DNA of 64,000 nucleotides, from assembly GCA_034670305.1 (NCBI GenBank), contig JAXMNT010000006.1, positions 172,980-236,979 on the forward strand. Reading direction: 5' to 3'. Positions 30,803-41,007 of the stretch are shown here, piece after piece. The notes beneath the pieces are model-generated. The model made no database searches. It was not told the origin of the DNA and saw only the letters and a list, made by a program, of their open reading frames with translations. Every line of letters starts with the position of its first letter. The first letter of the stretch is position 1. The translations under genes and the position numbers were made by a program. The stretch comes from Deltaproteobacteria bacterium (lineage in GTDB: Bacteria; Myxococcota_A; Polyangia; Polyangiales; Houyiibacteriaceae).

Positions 30803-32440
30803 CTACCAGCGGTCTTGGATGAACTGGACGCTTTGCTCGACTTGCGGGCTCGGGTCGGGCGGCAGCACCAGTTGGGCGGCGACCAGCCAGATCGCGATCG
30901 CGAACGCAGACAGGAGCACGACGCCATCGCGCGTCCAGCGGGTGGCCCAGCCGAGCGCGCCGAACCCGAGCAGGACGAGCGGCGCCATGGTGAAGAGCCC
31001 GCTGAACCCCATGAGCTCCGCGAACGAGTGGGGGGCGAGATCCGCGGCTGCGAGCGCGGGCATCAGGTGCGCCATCGGCCAGTCGATCTCGGGCGGCAGG
31101 TGCGGGTAGTAGACCGAGAGGGTGCCGCCGATCGCGAGCGAAGCCGCCCCGGTCCCGAGCGCGAGGGTGTGACCGAGGACGGAGCGACGGTTCGCGATCC
31201 GATCGAGGCCGATCGCGGAGGCGACCGCGATGAAGGGCACGAGGACCACCAAGTAGCGCGGGCCGAGCGACCAGCCGCCGTCCCAGTTGTTCATCAAGCA
31301 GATCACGAAGTAGAGCGCGCCGCAGGCGGTGAGTGCCGCGAGTGCGCCCTGCCGCGAGGGTCCGCGCGTCCCAAGCAGCGCGAGGGCGCCGAGCGGCGCG
31401 AACACGAAGACCGGCGTCAGCGGCAAGAGCCCGAGCCGCGCGTCGAAGAGCAGCCGCCACGCGGCGTCCCAGTGGAACGCGTCCGCTCCGAAGAAACCGC
31501 TCTCGTGGCCGGCGCGGAACGCGGAGTTCTCGACGAACAAGTGCCCCGGGGTGAGCGGGTTCCCGTACGCGCTCCACTGAAAGAGCATCACGACGAAGGT
31601 CGGCAGCAGCGCGCCGAAGACGAAGGGCAGCCACCGTCGGAACGGGAGCGCCTTGAGCGCGTACAGACACACGAAGAACGTGACGACGAAACAGGGGTAC
31701 TCGAGCGCGGTCGCCCCCGCGGCCAGCAACCCCGCGAGGAACGCACGTCGTTTGCTCCGCTTCGTGGGGTCGACGTGCGCGTCGTACAGCAGCGCGAACC
31801 CTCCGAACGCTGCTGCGGCACTCGTCGAATGGCTGGCGAACAAATACGTGTAGCCGAGCAGGACCGATCCGAGCGCCGTGGCCACGAACACGGTGTCGCG
31901 AATGAACCCCGAGCGGACGCGGGCACCGAGCCATCCGTGAAAGAAGAAGAAGAACAGACACATCGGCAGCACCGATGCGCTGATCCGGAGCAGCCAGAGC
32001 GTGGAAGGCCGCAGCTCGGATCCGTCGTCGCCGAAGAGCCGGGCCAGACCGTAGGCCGGCACGCCCATCAGGCTGGTCAGCGGCGCCTTCACGCTGAAGT
32101 AGCGGCGCACGTCGCCGCGGGGCATCGCGCCTTCGCAGGGTTGTTTGGTTCCGTCCTGCGACCACTGCACGCAAGCGGCGTCGTTCACCCATCCCCAGCG
32201 CTCTCGAGGACCGCTGATCTCGAACGTGCCATCGAAGACGATCGCCGCGGTCATCTGGACCCGCACGTTCTCGTTGGGGTTGTTCAACTCCGGATAGAAC
32301 GGAAACGCGTAGAGGGCGGCGAACGCGAAGAGCGCCGTTGCGGCGAGCGAACGTTTGCGGCTGGGGAGCGCGCGCATCGGAGCCTCGGAGGGCAGGTCTG
32401 CGCCGCGCTCCGTCGAAGCGCTGGGTTCCGAGATCGCCAT
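30803..32440 (-). CDS. Polytopic membrane protein, probable GT-C glycosyltransferase
   Basis: NNPNENVR...AIVFDGTFEI...YFSVKAP first loop; LFASH; EYP; WDGGWSLGPRYL. Confidence 0.75.
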   Translation of the reverse strand: MAISEPSASTERGADLPSEAPMRALPSRKRSLAATALFAFAALYAFPFYPELNNPNENVRVQMTAAIVFDGTFEISGPRERWGWVNDAACVQWSQDGTKQPCEGAMPRGDVRRYFSVKAPLTSLMGVPAYGLARLFGDDGSELRPSTLWLLRISASVLPMCLFFFFFHGWLGARVRSGFIRDTVFVATALGSVLLGYTYLFASHSTSAAAAFGGFALLYDAHVDPTKRSKRRAFLAGLLAAGATALEYPCFVVTFFVCLYALKALPFRRWLPFVFGALLPTFVVMLFQWSAYGNPLTPGHLFVENSAFRAGHESGFFGADAFHWDAAWRLLFDARLGLLPLTPVFVFAPLGALALLGTRGPSRQGALAALTACGALYFVICLMNNWDGGWSLGPRYLVVLVPFIAVASAIGLDRIANRRSVLGHTLALGTGAASLAIGGTLSVYYPHLPPEIDWPMAHLMPALAAADLAPHSFAELMGFSGLFTMAPLVLLGFGALGWATRWTRDGVVLLSAFAIAIWLVAAQLVLPPDPSPQVEQSVQFIQDRW

Positions 32441-32635
32441 CAAGGGCCGGATGCTAGCAGCCTCGCTCGCATGCCCCAGGCGATGAGGTGGTGCCCGTCT
32501 CGGGCGCGATCGGGGCCGCACCGGACTTTCGCGGCCAGGAGCGAAACCGTCCGATGCCCGGAATGTTCGAAACCCGCGCGGGCGTTGCCGAAGTTCGTTG
32601 CGAGGGGTGCGAGTCGCCCCTTATACGTTCCGCAG

Positions 32636-33358
32636 ATGCTGGCCGCCGTTTCCATCGTCCTCCCGTGCCACAACGAGGAGGCTTGCCTCGAGGGGGTCGT
32701 GCGCGATGCCTGCGATGCCGGCCGCGAGCTCGCGGTGGACTGGGAGGTCGTGGTCGTGGACGACGGGAGCTCCGACTGGTCGCCCGAGCTGCTGCGCGCC
32801 CTCCAGCGCGACGAACCCAGAATTCAGGTGGTCACCCACGAACGCAACCGGGGGTACGGCGCCGCCCTGCGGAGCGGGTTCGCGCGCGCCGTGCATCCGT
32901 GGATCTTCTACCTCGACGCCGATGGACAGTACGATCCCTTCGATCTGCGCAACCACCTCGCGCTGGTCTCGAGCGAGACGATGGTCATCGGGTTCCGCGC
33001 GCCACGCCGCGACGGTCTGATCCGCCTGCTCAACGGTTCGCTCTGGACCGCGCTCACCAACGCGATGCTCGGGCTGCGGGTCCGCGACGTGGACTGTGGC
33101 TTCAAAGTGTTTCCACGGGCGCTGCTCGACGGGCGCGCCCTGCGCGCCGACGGTGCCACGGTGGACGCCGAACTTCTGAGTCTCGGCCGGCAGCGTGGGT
33201 TGACCATTCACGAGGTCCCGGTGCAGCACCTTCCCCGGCGCGGAGGACGCGCCTCTGGCGCCCGGCCCGAGGTGGTGATGCGGGCGCTCATCGAACTGGT
33301 GAAGCTCGTCATCGCCCGACCGCAAGCCCGCGCCCAGCCCGTTCAACTCACGTCCTAG
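32636..33358 (+). CDS. GT2 glycosyltransferase, polyprenol-phosphate sugar synthase (DPM1-like)
   Basis: SIVLPCHNEE, VVDDGSSD, NRGYGAALRSGF, LDADGQY, RDVDCGFK. Confidence 0.9.
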   Translation: MLAAVSIVLPCHNEEACLEGVVRDACDAGRELAVDWEVVVVDDGSSDWSPELLRALQRDEPRIQVVTHERNRGYGAALRSGFARAVHPWIFYLDADGQYDPFDLRNHLALVSSETMVIGFRAPRRDGLIRLLNGSLWTALTNAMLGLRVRDVDCGFKVFPRALLDGRALRADGATVDAELLSLGRQRGLTIHEVPVQHLPRRGGRASGARPEVVMRALIELVKLVIARPQARAQPVQLTS

Positions 33359-33399
33359 AACGCATCGGCTTCGCCCTCCGGCGCCTGAGCCCGAGCCGC

Positions 33400-34302
33400 T
33401 CAGCCGCAGACGCGGTTGCGGCCGGTGCGCTTGGCTTCGTAGAGACGCTCGTCGGCGATCTGCAGGACCGCCTGCGCGCTCTTCATCTCTTCGGTCCACT
33501 CGGAGCAACCCAGGCTCACGGTCACATCGATCTTGGTGCCTTCGAAGAGGAAGGTGGCTTCGTCGATCTGCCGATTGAGTTTGCGCGCGAGTTCGATCGC
33601 GCCGTGCAAGCCCACCTCGGGACAGATGATGCCGAACTCCTCGCCGCCAGTGCGCGCGACGATGTCGTCCCGCCGAACCATGCCTCGGACAAGGGTGCCG
33701 AGCTGGCGGAGCACGGAGTCTCCGGCGAGGTGCCCGAACGAGTCGTTGATCGTCTTGAAGTGATCGATGTCGAACATGATCAACGAGAAGGTCCGGCCGT
33801 AGCGCTGAGCGCGGCTCAGTTCTCGCTCGAGCATTTCGTCGAAGTAACGTTTGTTGTGGACCTGGGTGAGCCCGTCGGTGGTCATCAGACGGTAGATGAC
33901 CTCGTGGTACTGGCCTTCGATGTTGCCGCCGACGATGAACTTCAGGATGGTGCGGCCCACCTTCAGCTGGTCCCCGTCGCGCAGCGAGATCGAATCGACG
34001 ATGAGCTCGTCGTTGACGTAGGTGCCGTTGGTCGAACCGAGGTCGCGGGCGGCGTACCCGCGGCCGTCGTGGCTGATGCGGCAGTGGTTGCGGGAGACAC
34101 TCTCCTGATCGATCTGCACTTCGCACCGGGACGAACGGCCGATGATGACCGGTTCGGTTTGAAGCGGGATCCGGCGCCCGAGGTCTTCGCCGTAGATCAC
34201 CACGAGGCACGCCTGGCGGGCGTCCTTGGCTTTCTTCTCACCCTTCGGACCGACGACCGTGATCACGGTCTTGTTCGGGTTGGTGGTGCGCTCGTCTTTC
34301 AC
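33400..34302 (-). CDS. FHA-domain diguanylate cyclase
   Basis: FHA motifs IGR, VSRNH, DLGSTNGTYVN; GGDEF motifs DIDHFKTINDSFGHLAGD, RxxD I-site, GGEEF. Confidence 0.93.
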   Translation of the reverse strand: MKDERTTNPNKTVITVVGPKGEKKAKDARQACLVVIYGEDLGRRIPLQTEPVIIGRSSRCEVQIDQESVSRNHCRISHDGRGYAARDLGSTNGTYVNDELIVDSISLRDGDQLKVGRTILKFIVGGNIEGQYHEVIYRLMTTDGLTQVHNKRYFDEMLERELSRAQRYGRTFSLIMFDIDHFKTINDSFGHLAGDSVLRQLGTLVRGMVRRDDIVARTGGEEFGIICPEVGLHGAIELARKLNRQIDEATFLFEGTKIDVTVSLGCSEWTEEMKSAQAVLQIADERLYEAKRTGRNRVCG

Positions 34303-34495
34303 GCGGACCTCGGCCCGTGACGGACGGTCACTCGGTCCATGCGCATGGCGATGCCCGTGGCGATGCGCATGGCGCTCGATCCTAGCGTGGACACTTCGGC
34401 TCCCAACCCAACACCGGTGATCCAGGGTAGCGCGAAATCCAATCGGAAGTGAACGTGCGCGTCATACCCGCCTGAATCGCCGTGTCAGACACGGT

Positions 34496-35857
34496 TTATG
34501 CCGTGTAGCCCTTGGGGTCCGCGGCCATGGCGGCCCGTACTCGGGTCCCTTCTTCTTCGAACCCTTCGCGGCCCAGCAAGCCGAAGGCGAGCCGCTTGCC
34601 GAGCTCGACGCCGGGCTGGTTGAAGGCGTCGATGTCGTACATCTCGCCAGCGAGCGCGGTGGCGGCTTCGAACACGAACATCAAACCGCCGAGATGTTCG
34701 GCGTCGAGCGCACTGAGCCGGACCGTCAGGCTCGGGCGCCGATCTTCGGCAAGCGCCCGTGCGGTGCCTTCGCGCTCGGCGTCCAGAAGATCGCCGAGGG
34801 TGTGGCCCCCGAGGTAACCCGTGGGTCCATCTTCTTTCGGGATCTCGAGGTCCGGGCGCTCGTCGATCGACACGAAGGTGACGAGTTTGTCTCGCGGTCC
34901 CTCCATGAAGAGTTGCACCTGCGCGTGTTGGTCGGTCGCACCGACGGCCGGCAAGGGTGTCGGTCCGGTCTCGACGATGGTGCCTTGTCGATCGCGCCGC
35001 TTGCCGAGGCTCTCGGCCCACAGCTGAACGAACCAGGCAGCGAGTCCACGAAGCGGATCCGCATACGGCATCAGCACATGGATCCGGCGGTCGAAGAGCC
35101 GGTGGTGGAGCACGTGCAGCGCCGCCAACAGGCCGGCGGGGTTCTTCCGGAGTTCTTTCGCCTCACAGCGGATCCGCATCTGGTCGGCGCCCCGCATCAT
35201 CGCGCGGACATCGAGTCCAGCGAGCGCACCGGGCACGAGCCCGACCGGGGTCAGCACGGAGAACCGTCCGCCGACGTTCGGCGGAATGGAGAGCGCGGTC
35301 AGCCCTTCTTTGTCGGCCAGCGCACGCAAGGAACCGTTCTTGGGATCGGTGACCACCGCGAGGTGGTCGTTCATCGGTACGCCGGCATCCCGCAGCCAAC
35401 CTCGGACGACGAGCAACATCGCGGCGGTCTCGACGGTGCCGCCACTCTTGCTGATCGCGACGGCCAGCGTGGACTTCGGTTCGAGCCGCTCCAAGAGCCG
35501 CGCGAGGCGCCATGGATCGCTGTTGTCCGGAAAATGGATCCGCCGGCCGACCCGGAGTTCGGGCGGGCCGCCGAGCGCTTCGTAGACCGCCCGGCCGCCG
35601 AGGCTGCTGCCACCGATGCCGAGCACGAGCACGTCGGTGATGTGCTCGGGCGTCTGCTCAGCGAGTGCGACCGCTTCGTCCAGTGCGTTCGCATCCGAAG
35701 GCAACGACCAGAAACCGAGTTCGTAGGAATGCACCCGGGCGAGCACATCGTGCAGGCCTTGCGCGAACCGATCCTGGGCGGAGTCCAGGTGGGCGTCGGT
35801 GAGTCCACAGCGACAGCCCGAGTCCATCGCCAGCGTGTAGTCGAGGGTGATCCCCAT
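34496..35857 (-). CDS. pgi: Glucose-6-phosphate isomerase
   Basis: LGIGGSSLG, ISKSGGTVET, VGGRFSVL, QLWAESLGK, GATDQH, FNQPGVELGK. Start ATG 35857. Confidence 0.94.
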   Translation of the reverse strand: MGITLDYTLAMDSGCRCGLTDAHLDSAQDRFAQGLHDVLARVHSYELGFWSLPSDANALDEAVALAEQTPEHITDVLVLGIGGSSLGGRAVYEALGGPPELRVGRRIHFPDNSDPWRLARLLERLEPKSTLAVAISKSGGTVETAAMLLVVRGWLRDAGVPMNDHLAVVTDPKNGSLRALADKEGLTALSIPPNVGGRFSVLTPVGLVPGALAGLDVRAMMRGADQMRIRCEAKELRKNPAGLLAALHVLHHRLFDRRIHVLMPYADPLRGLAAWFVQLWAESLGKRRDRQGTIVETGPTPLPAVGATDQHAQVQLFMEGPRDKLVTFVSIDERPDLEIPKEDGPTGYLGGHTLGDLLDAEREGTARALAEDRRPSLTVRLSALDAEHLGGLMFVFEAATALAGEMYDIDAFNQPGVELGKRLAFGLLGREGFEEEGTRVRAAMAADPKGYTA

Positions 35858-35913
35858 GCGGCGGGTCTTACCACGTCCGCGACGAGACTGGCCGCCGAGT
35901 CTGCCGGCAGCCC

Positions 35914-36690
35914 CTACTTGGAGCGTCTGGAAAGGATCGCTTGCACTGCCGCGACGTTCTCGGGCGAGCCGTACCGCTTCGCGAGGGCGCGGTCTTCTTC
36001 GGCGGCCGTGTCGTCTCGACCATGCACCCCGCCGTATCGAAGCAGCCGCTTGGCATCCCGGAGCGCCGCGAGGGGGGCGCGCGCCATGTCGACCGCCAGC
36101 CCATGGACCGAGTCGAGGAGTTCCGCGTCCTCGAACACTCGGGTGACGAACCCCCATCGCTCCAGCGTCTCTGCATCGAGCGTGCGGGCGCTGCCGATCC
36201 ACTCCATGGCGCGTGCGTGTCCGATGAGCCGAGGCAGCGTCCACGAGCTCGCCAGCTCCTGGATCAATCCGAGCCTGACGAAAGGGAGCGCGAAGGTGGC
36301 GGATCGGGCCGCGTAGATTCCATCGAAATGCGGAAGCATGGTCACGCCCATGCCGACGGCCGGGCCTTGGACCGCCACCAGGATCGGTTTGCTGAAGTCC
36401 GCGATGTTCCGCCAGATGTTGCCGACGGACCCGCCGCCCGCATTGCTGCGCTTCCCCGAGTCAGCACCGTGGCCCTTGCCCATCTCTACGAACAGCGAGA
36501 GGTCCGCCCCGGCCGAGAACACCGGTCCCTCCGATGCGAGCACGGCCACCGACACACCCTCGTCTCGGTCGGCTTCCTCGAGCGCCGCCGCCAGCGCATC
36601 CGCGAGCGCCACGTCGAACGCGTTCCGTTTCTCGACTCGGTCGAGGGTGAGGGTGCGAACGGCACCCGCGCTCTTGATCCGAAGCGTCAC
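35914..36690 (-). CDS. Enoyl-CoA hydratase/isomerase family protein
   Basis: LTLDRVEKRNAF, FSAGADL, KPILVAVQGPAVGMG, LPRLIG. GTGA overlap with the TetR stop. Confidence 0.88.
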   Translation of the reverse strand: MTLRIKSAGAVRTLTLDRVEKRNAFDVALADALAAALEEADRDEGVSVAVLASEGPVFSAGADLSLFVEMGKGHGADSGKRSNAGGGSVGNIWRNIADFSKPILVAVQGPAVGMGVTMLPHFDGIYAARSATFALPFVRLGLIQELASSWTLPRLIGHARAMEWIGSARTLDAETLERWGFVTRVFEDAELLDSVHGLAVDMARAPLAALRDAKRLLRYGGVHGRDDTAAEEDRALAKRYGSPENVAAVQAILSRRSK

Positions 36691-37274
36691 GTCAGCAGCC
36701 GCTCCAGGGCCGTCTCGAGAACTTCCGTCGCTTCGTCCACCGACAGTCGTTGATTTGTGCGCAGGTTGTCCCAGCCCGACCAGCTTGCGGCTTGATGACA
36801 CGCGCGGCGGCGCGGCTCGCGCTTCGACTCTTGCAACCGTTCGAAGTCCTCACGGAACACATAGTCCAGCTGCGCGCGCTTGATTGCACGAAACTTGTCC
36901 GCCTGCGCGTGGAGCGTGTGTTCGTCCTTGGCCAGCAAGAGCGAACGCCGCGTCGGCGAGATGAACTCGTAGAGCGCAGACCGCCGGCCGACGAACACCC
37001 GTATCCGCTCGCCGAGCGTCTTGCAGCCACGGGTGTCGATGGGGAGCAGCGGCGCCACCTCCGCGGCCTGAAGCTCGCTGGCGCGCAAGTGCACCGCTTC
37101 CATGTCCTTGAAGTGATGGAACACCAGTCTCAGTGAGACGCCCGCCTTCTCCGCGACCTCGGCGGCCGTTGGACGCAGCTCTCCCGCCCGGAGGAGGTCC
37201 AGCATCGCTTGCGCGACCGCTCTGCGCGATCGGTCGGCGCGCAGCGTGCGGCCGTCCTTCTTTCTTGCACCCAT
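36687..37274 (-). CDS. TetR/AcrR family transcriptional regulator
   Basis: N-terminal HTH PTAAEVAEKAGVSLRLVFHHFKD. Confidence 0.9.
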   Translation of the reverse strand: MGARKKDGRTLRADRSRRAVAQAMLDLLRAGELRPTAAEVAEKAGVSLRLVFHHFKDMEAVHLRASELQAAEVAPLLPIDTRGCKTLGERIRVFVGRRSALYEFISPTRRSLLLAKDEHTLHAQADKFRAIKRAQLDYVFREDFERLQESKREPRRRACHQAASWSGWDNLRTNQRLSVDEATEVLETALERLLT

Positions 37275-37339
37275 GGGCCCCCGCTCATCGTCGATCACCC
37301 CCAATTAGGGTGCGATCAACTTGTAATTCTCCGCGCTCG

Positions 37340-38119
37340 TCACACCACGGCGGAGTCTTGGAGGGAGCGTAGTGCAGTGGCAGTCGATTCGTCCATGGGA
37401 TGGTAGGACTCGATGCGGAGTTCTTGCGCGGAGACGTCGCGGGGTGTGCCAAGTGTGGTGAGTGTGGTGAAAAGTCGCGCTTCGATGCCTGCGCCGCGGA
37501 AGTGCAGCGGGACCAAGATCGTGGGGGCAGGACCTGGGCGTCGCCAAGCTGCGTCCAGCCAGCCCCGGGACTCGAGCCGTTCCAACAATTCGGCGACGAC
37601 TTGGTCGCGTCTGGCATCTTCGACGAGCCGCGCGATCACCGCGTGGCCCACCTCGTCCAGGTTCACGACGGTCGAGCGGAGCGCGGCGGGATCGAAGAGC
37701 GCTTCCATCGCGTTCATCCCAGGCGATGGCAGGTGTCCGAGCAAGCGGGTGAAGAGCTGGGCAGCGCCGCCGTTGACTTGTCGCACCCGCCAGCTTCGGT
37801 CCACGACGATCGCTGGGAACGGATCGTGCGCCGCGAGGATCAGATCGATCGCCTGGCGAATCGGCGCCATGGGTTCGGATTCGTACGCAGACTCCGAGTA
37901 CGCGGCGACGAAGCCCGCGGCGGCGAGCAGATCGTTGCGTTCGCGCAGCGGCAGCTCGAGCGCGCTGCCGAGCACCAGCACCATCTCCCGCGACGGGTTG
38001 GCTTTGTTCCGCTCGAGGCAGCTGAGATGCCGGGTGGACACCTCCGCATCCATGGCCAAACGCATCTGGCTGTACCCGCGTCGGGTACGCCAATCCCGCA
38101 GCAGTTCGCCGAACGACAT
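37340..38119 (-). CDS. XRE-family HTH regulator with an MmyB-like ligand-binding domain
   Basis: FGELLRDWRTRRGYSQMRLA...STRHLSCLE; HDPFPAIVVDR; LFTTLTTLGTPRDV...ELRIE. Confidence 0.9.
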   Translation of the reverse strand: MSFGELLRDWRTRRGYSQMRLAMDAEVSTRHLSCLERNKANPSREMVLVLGSALELPLRERNDLLAAAGFVAAYSESAYESEPMAPIRQAIDLILAAHDPFPAIVVDRSWRVRQVNGGAAQLFTRLLGHLPSPGMNAMEALFDPAALRSTVVNLDEVGHAVIARLVEDARRDQVVAELLERLESRGWLDAAWRRPGPAPTILVPLHFRGAGIEARLFTTLTTLGTPRDVSAQELRIESYHPMDESTATALRSLQDSAVV

Positions 38120-38152
38120 GGCCAGAGGGTATCAAGGAGGCGTCGCGAGACC

Positions 38153-38169
38153 ATGACCTCTGGGGTCAT
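38153..38169. promoter_or_regulatory. Palindromic operator candidate ATGACC-N5-GGTCAT between the divergent XRE regulator and membrane protein genes
   Basis: Perfect 6-bp inverted repeat in an 84-bp divergent gap. Confidence 0.55.
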
Positions 38170-38203
38170 CGAAGTGCCGTTGGTGCCGCCCCAGGGTTGG
38201 ATC

Positions 38204-38551
38204 ATGCAAACCTCAACATCCGCCGCCTCCACCGAGGCTTCTCGCGCTCCCTGGCCCCGCGCTCGGCTCCTCGCCGCCGCGCTGCTGACCGTTTTCACCG
38301 CCTACTCGTCCTGGGTCACGGTCGACCAGGGCTACCTCGCCTTCGTCGACGTCGCGCTGGCCGGCGGCTGGAGCACCCAGGTCTTCGCCGACCTCGGCGT
38401 CGCCCTCCTCCTCGTCACGTCGTGGCTGATTCGAGACGCCCGCACCCGCCAGACCCCCGCTTGGCCATGGCTGCTCGGCACCCTCGCCCTCGGCAGCATC
38501 TCCCCACTCCTCTACCTCGTCGTGCGCCCCGGAACGGATCCGAACGTGTAG
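38204..38551 (+). CDS. Small membrane protein (DUF2834-like)
   Basis: Three hydrophobic segments; QVFADL...WLIRDAR...LGSISPLLYL. Start ATG 38204. Confidence 0.75.
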   Translation: MQTSTSAASTEASRAPWPRARLLAAALLTVFTAYSSWVTVDQGYLAFVDVALAGGWSTQVFADLGVALLLVTSWLIRDARTRQTPAWPWLLGTLALGSISPLLYLVVRPGTDPNV

Positions 38552-38620
38552 ATCGGCTCTGGCTTCGTGACCGAGTCCAGGCCCGCGGCAGCGTCGATGT
38601 GCTCTATGATGGCAGCGTAG

Positions 38621-40999
38621 GTGTACTCCTTCCGCTCCGACCCACCGCCCGAACCCTGGATCGATCAACCGACCGAGGCGTGGGCGAAGCGCGTCCTCGA
38701 GCATGCACCGCTGGTGTGTTTGTGGGGTCCTCCACATGCGGGCAAGACCGCGCTCGGGCTGCGCCTCGCGAGCGACAACGAACGCACGTTGACGCTGCGC
38801 GTGTCGTTGCGGGCGCCCGACGTGGGCCTGGCCGTGTTGCTCGCCTTGGCCCGCGCGCGTGAGGTCACCCAGGTCGCTTGGAGCGATCTGAACGGCGACG
38901 CGCTCATCGCCTCGGTGCTCGACCTCGCCGAAGAAGGCGACGCGTTCGTCATCCTGGACGAGGCCGACCACGGCGACCCAGCTCAGGTACATGAGATGCT
39001 CACGGCGGTGAACGCCTATGCCCGTCGATCTCGATGGGTGGCCATCAGCCGGAGTGCTTCGACCTTCCCGTCGATTCCCACTCAGACCGCATGCATCACC
39101 TTCCCGAGTGGTCGCCCCATCCCGAAGGTGCCGAACCCGCCGTCGGACGAAGCACAGCAGCGGGCGCTCGCGGAGATCTCGATCTTTCCGACGCCGATCC
39201 CCCGCGGGTGGATGGAAGACGCGGGACACGAGCCGACCACGCTCGACACGATGATCTCGGACGGACTCCTCCGCGCGGAGCCTTCTGGCATCAGCGCGGC
39301 GTTGCCCAGCGTGCCGCCCCCTCCCGAGCGTCGCGACTCGTGGGTGCGACGGCTCCTGCGAGAAGGCGGGGACCCCGAGGTCGCCCTGGAGATCGCGCTC
39401 GGCGGAACCTCGGCGGAGATCGTGGAGCAGGTGCTCCGTTCGAGCGGCCGGACGCTGATGCGCTCGGGTGGTCTCGCACGCTGTTGGCCGTGGCTGGCGT
39501 CTCGGTCGGAACGGATCCTGTGGCGCTGGGTGGCGCACGGGGCGGTGGCGGTCGGGGATCGACTCACGCTGGCGCGCCTCTCCGAACCCGAGGCGCCGAC
39601 GCCGGAAGAGGCGCTGGCGTGGGTGCGGGTGTTGCGCGCGCGCGGCGACCTCGAAGAGGCTGTGCGACGGGTGGTCGTGCTTCGGCAGATCGTGGATGAG
39701 ACGGGCACAGAGACAGCAACCGACGCGGGGGCCGAGCGGTTTGCGGAGCTGGCGTTCGAGGCGTGTATGGAGCAGGCGCGCGCGCTGCTCGGTCTCGGCC
39801 GGTTGGTCGAGGCGTTTGCGGTCATCGAAGCCGCGCGTCCGCAGGGCGCCGACGAACGTCTGCGACGCGAAGGTCTGCGCATGCTCATCGCGCAGGGAAT
39901 GGACGAGAGCGCGCCCATCGATTCCGCGGCGTTGCGAGACGTCGCCCGCCGAGCCCTGCAGGAAGAGGGCGGACTCCGCTACCCGGACGTGTTGCTCGAC
40001 CTCGCGTTCGCCGCCTACGGGGCGGGCGAGCTCGATGTGACGCGCCGATTGGCCGACCGGCTCACGGGCGGGGAAGACGGATGGTCCGCGGGGTTGTTCG
40101 GGGCGCGCCGCGCGCTGATGCTTCGGGCGGGACTGGCGGTGCTCGAAGGCGACTTCGGCTTGGCGGAGACCCTTCTCTCCAAGCTCGCGCCGCATGGCGA
40201 ACCAGGAGACGCGGTCGATGTCTGGCGGCGGTTGGCCAGATGTCTGCTCCGCACGATGTCGGGCCGGTTGCGGGGCGTCGGCGCCGAGCTCGCGCACGTG
40301 CTCGCGGACGCCCGTCGGCTGGCTGCACCAGAGACCTCTGCGTTGGCTGGCGCGGTCGAAGCTCGATGGCGGGTGGTGAATGGCGATCCCACCCCGCCGC
40401 TGAATCCGTACCCGCACGAACAACGCGCGCGTCCGGACCTGCGGCGTTTCCTGCGATTCGAACGCGCGTATTTGGACGTTCGCCACGGACGCCCGGTGGC
40501 GCTGGAGGACGTGACGGTCGAGGCGCTTGGCCACCCAGGTCTGCGCGCACAGGCCGAGATGATCCGCGCGATTCGGGCGGTGCTCGGCGGGCGGTTCGAC
40601 GGCGCGATGGCCCACGCCCGAGCAGGCGTCGCCGTGGCCGCCGATTCGGGCCACTGGGTTCGCCTCGGCGAGTGCCTGCACACCCAGTGTGAGGTGCTGG
40701 TGATCGCCCGCGCCTTCGGGGAACTCTCCGACGCGGCCAGCGGGCTGCGCGCGCTTGGCGCCCGACTCGATGCCGATCGGGTGGGCAACCTCGCGTCGTT
40801 CTTCGAGGCGGTTGCACGGAACGAAGTGACGCTCGATCGGCTCGAAGCCTGGGCTGCCCGCGACGATGTGGTACCGACCCTGGCGCGCCGTGCCCGCGCA
40901 CTGCTCGATCAGCACGCGCCCCTGGACGCCGTGGACCAAGCGCTCGTGGCGGTCGTGCGCGAGCGCATGGGCGCCGCCCAGGACGCCGACGACTCCTGA
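38621..40999 (+). CDS. P-loop NTPase-containing helical-repeat protein (MalT/STAND-like, no recognisable effector domain)
   Basis: Walker A GPPHAGKT, Walker B FVILDEAD, Ala/Leu/Arg-rich TPR-like remainder. Confidence 0.65.
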   Translation: MYSFRSDPPPEPWIDQPTEAWAKRVLEHAPLVCLWGPPHAGKTALGLRLASDNERTLTLRVSLRAPDVGLAVLLALARAREVTQVAWSDLNGDALIASVLDLAEEGDAFVILDEADHGDPAQVHEMLTAVNAYARRSRWVAISRSASTFPSIPTQTACITFPSGRPIPKVPNPPSDEAQQRALAEISIFPTPIPRGWMEDAGHEPTTLDTMISDGLLRAEPSGISAALPSVPPPPERRDSWVRRLLREGGDPEVALEIALGGTSAEIVEQVLRSSGRTLMRSGGLARCWPWLASRSERILWRWVAHGAVAVGDRLTLARLSEPEAPTPEEALAWVRVLRARGDLEEAVRRVVVLRQIVDETGTETATDAGAERFAELAFEACMEQARALLGLGRLVEAFAVIEAARPQGADERLRREGLRMLIAQGMDESAPIDSAALRDVARRALQEEGGLRYPDVLLDLAFAAYGAGELDVTRRLADRLTGGEDGWSAGLFGARRALMLRAGLAVLEGDFGLAETLLSKLAPHGEPGDAVDVWRRLARCLLRTMSGRLRGVGAELAHVLADARRLAAPETSALAGAVEARWRVVNGDPTPPLNPYPHEQRARPDLRRFLRFERAYLDVRHGRPVALEDVTVEALGHPGLRAQAEMIRAIRAVLGGRFDGAMAHARAGVAVAADSGHWVRLGECLHTQCEVLVIARAFGELSDAASGLRALGARLDADRVGNLASFFEAVARNEVTLDRLEAWAARDDVVPTLARRARALLDQHAPLDAVDQALVAVVRERMGAAQDADDS

Positions 41000-41007
41000 G
41001 CGCAGAC

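Noticed and set aside
30806-32192. 1159-aa version of the YfhO-like ORF, and the 847-aa version of the GT2 ORF (30815-33358)
   Set aside because: The extensions overlap the 30803-32440 gene in other frames and read as Arg-rich nonsense.
34338-34376. Short 12-bp repeats (ATGCGCATGGCG-like x3) upstream of the FHA-GGDEF gene as a riboswitch or operator
   Set aside because: Too short and imperfect, and no c-di-GMP riboswitch consensus was recognised.
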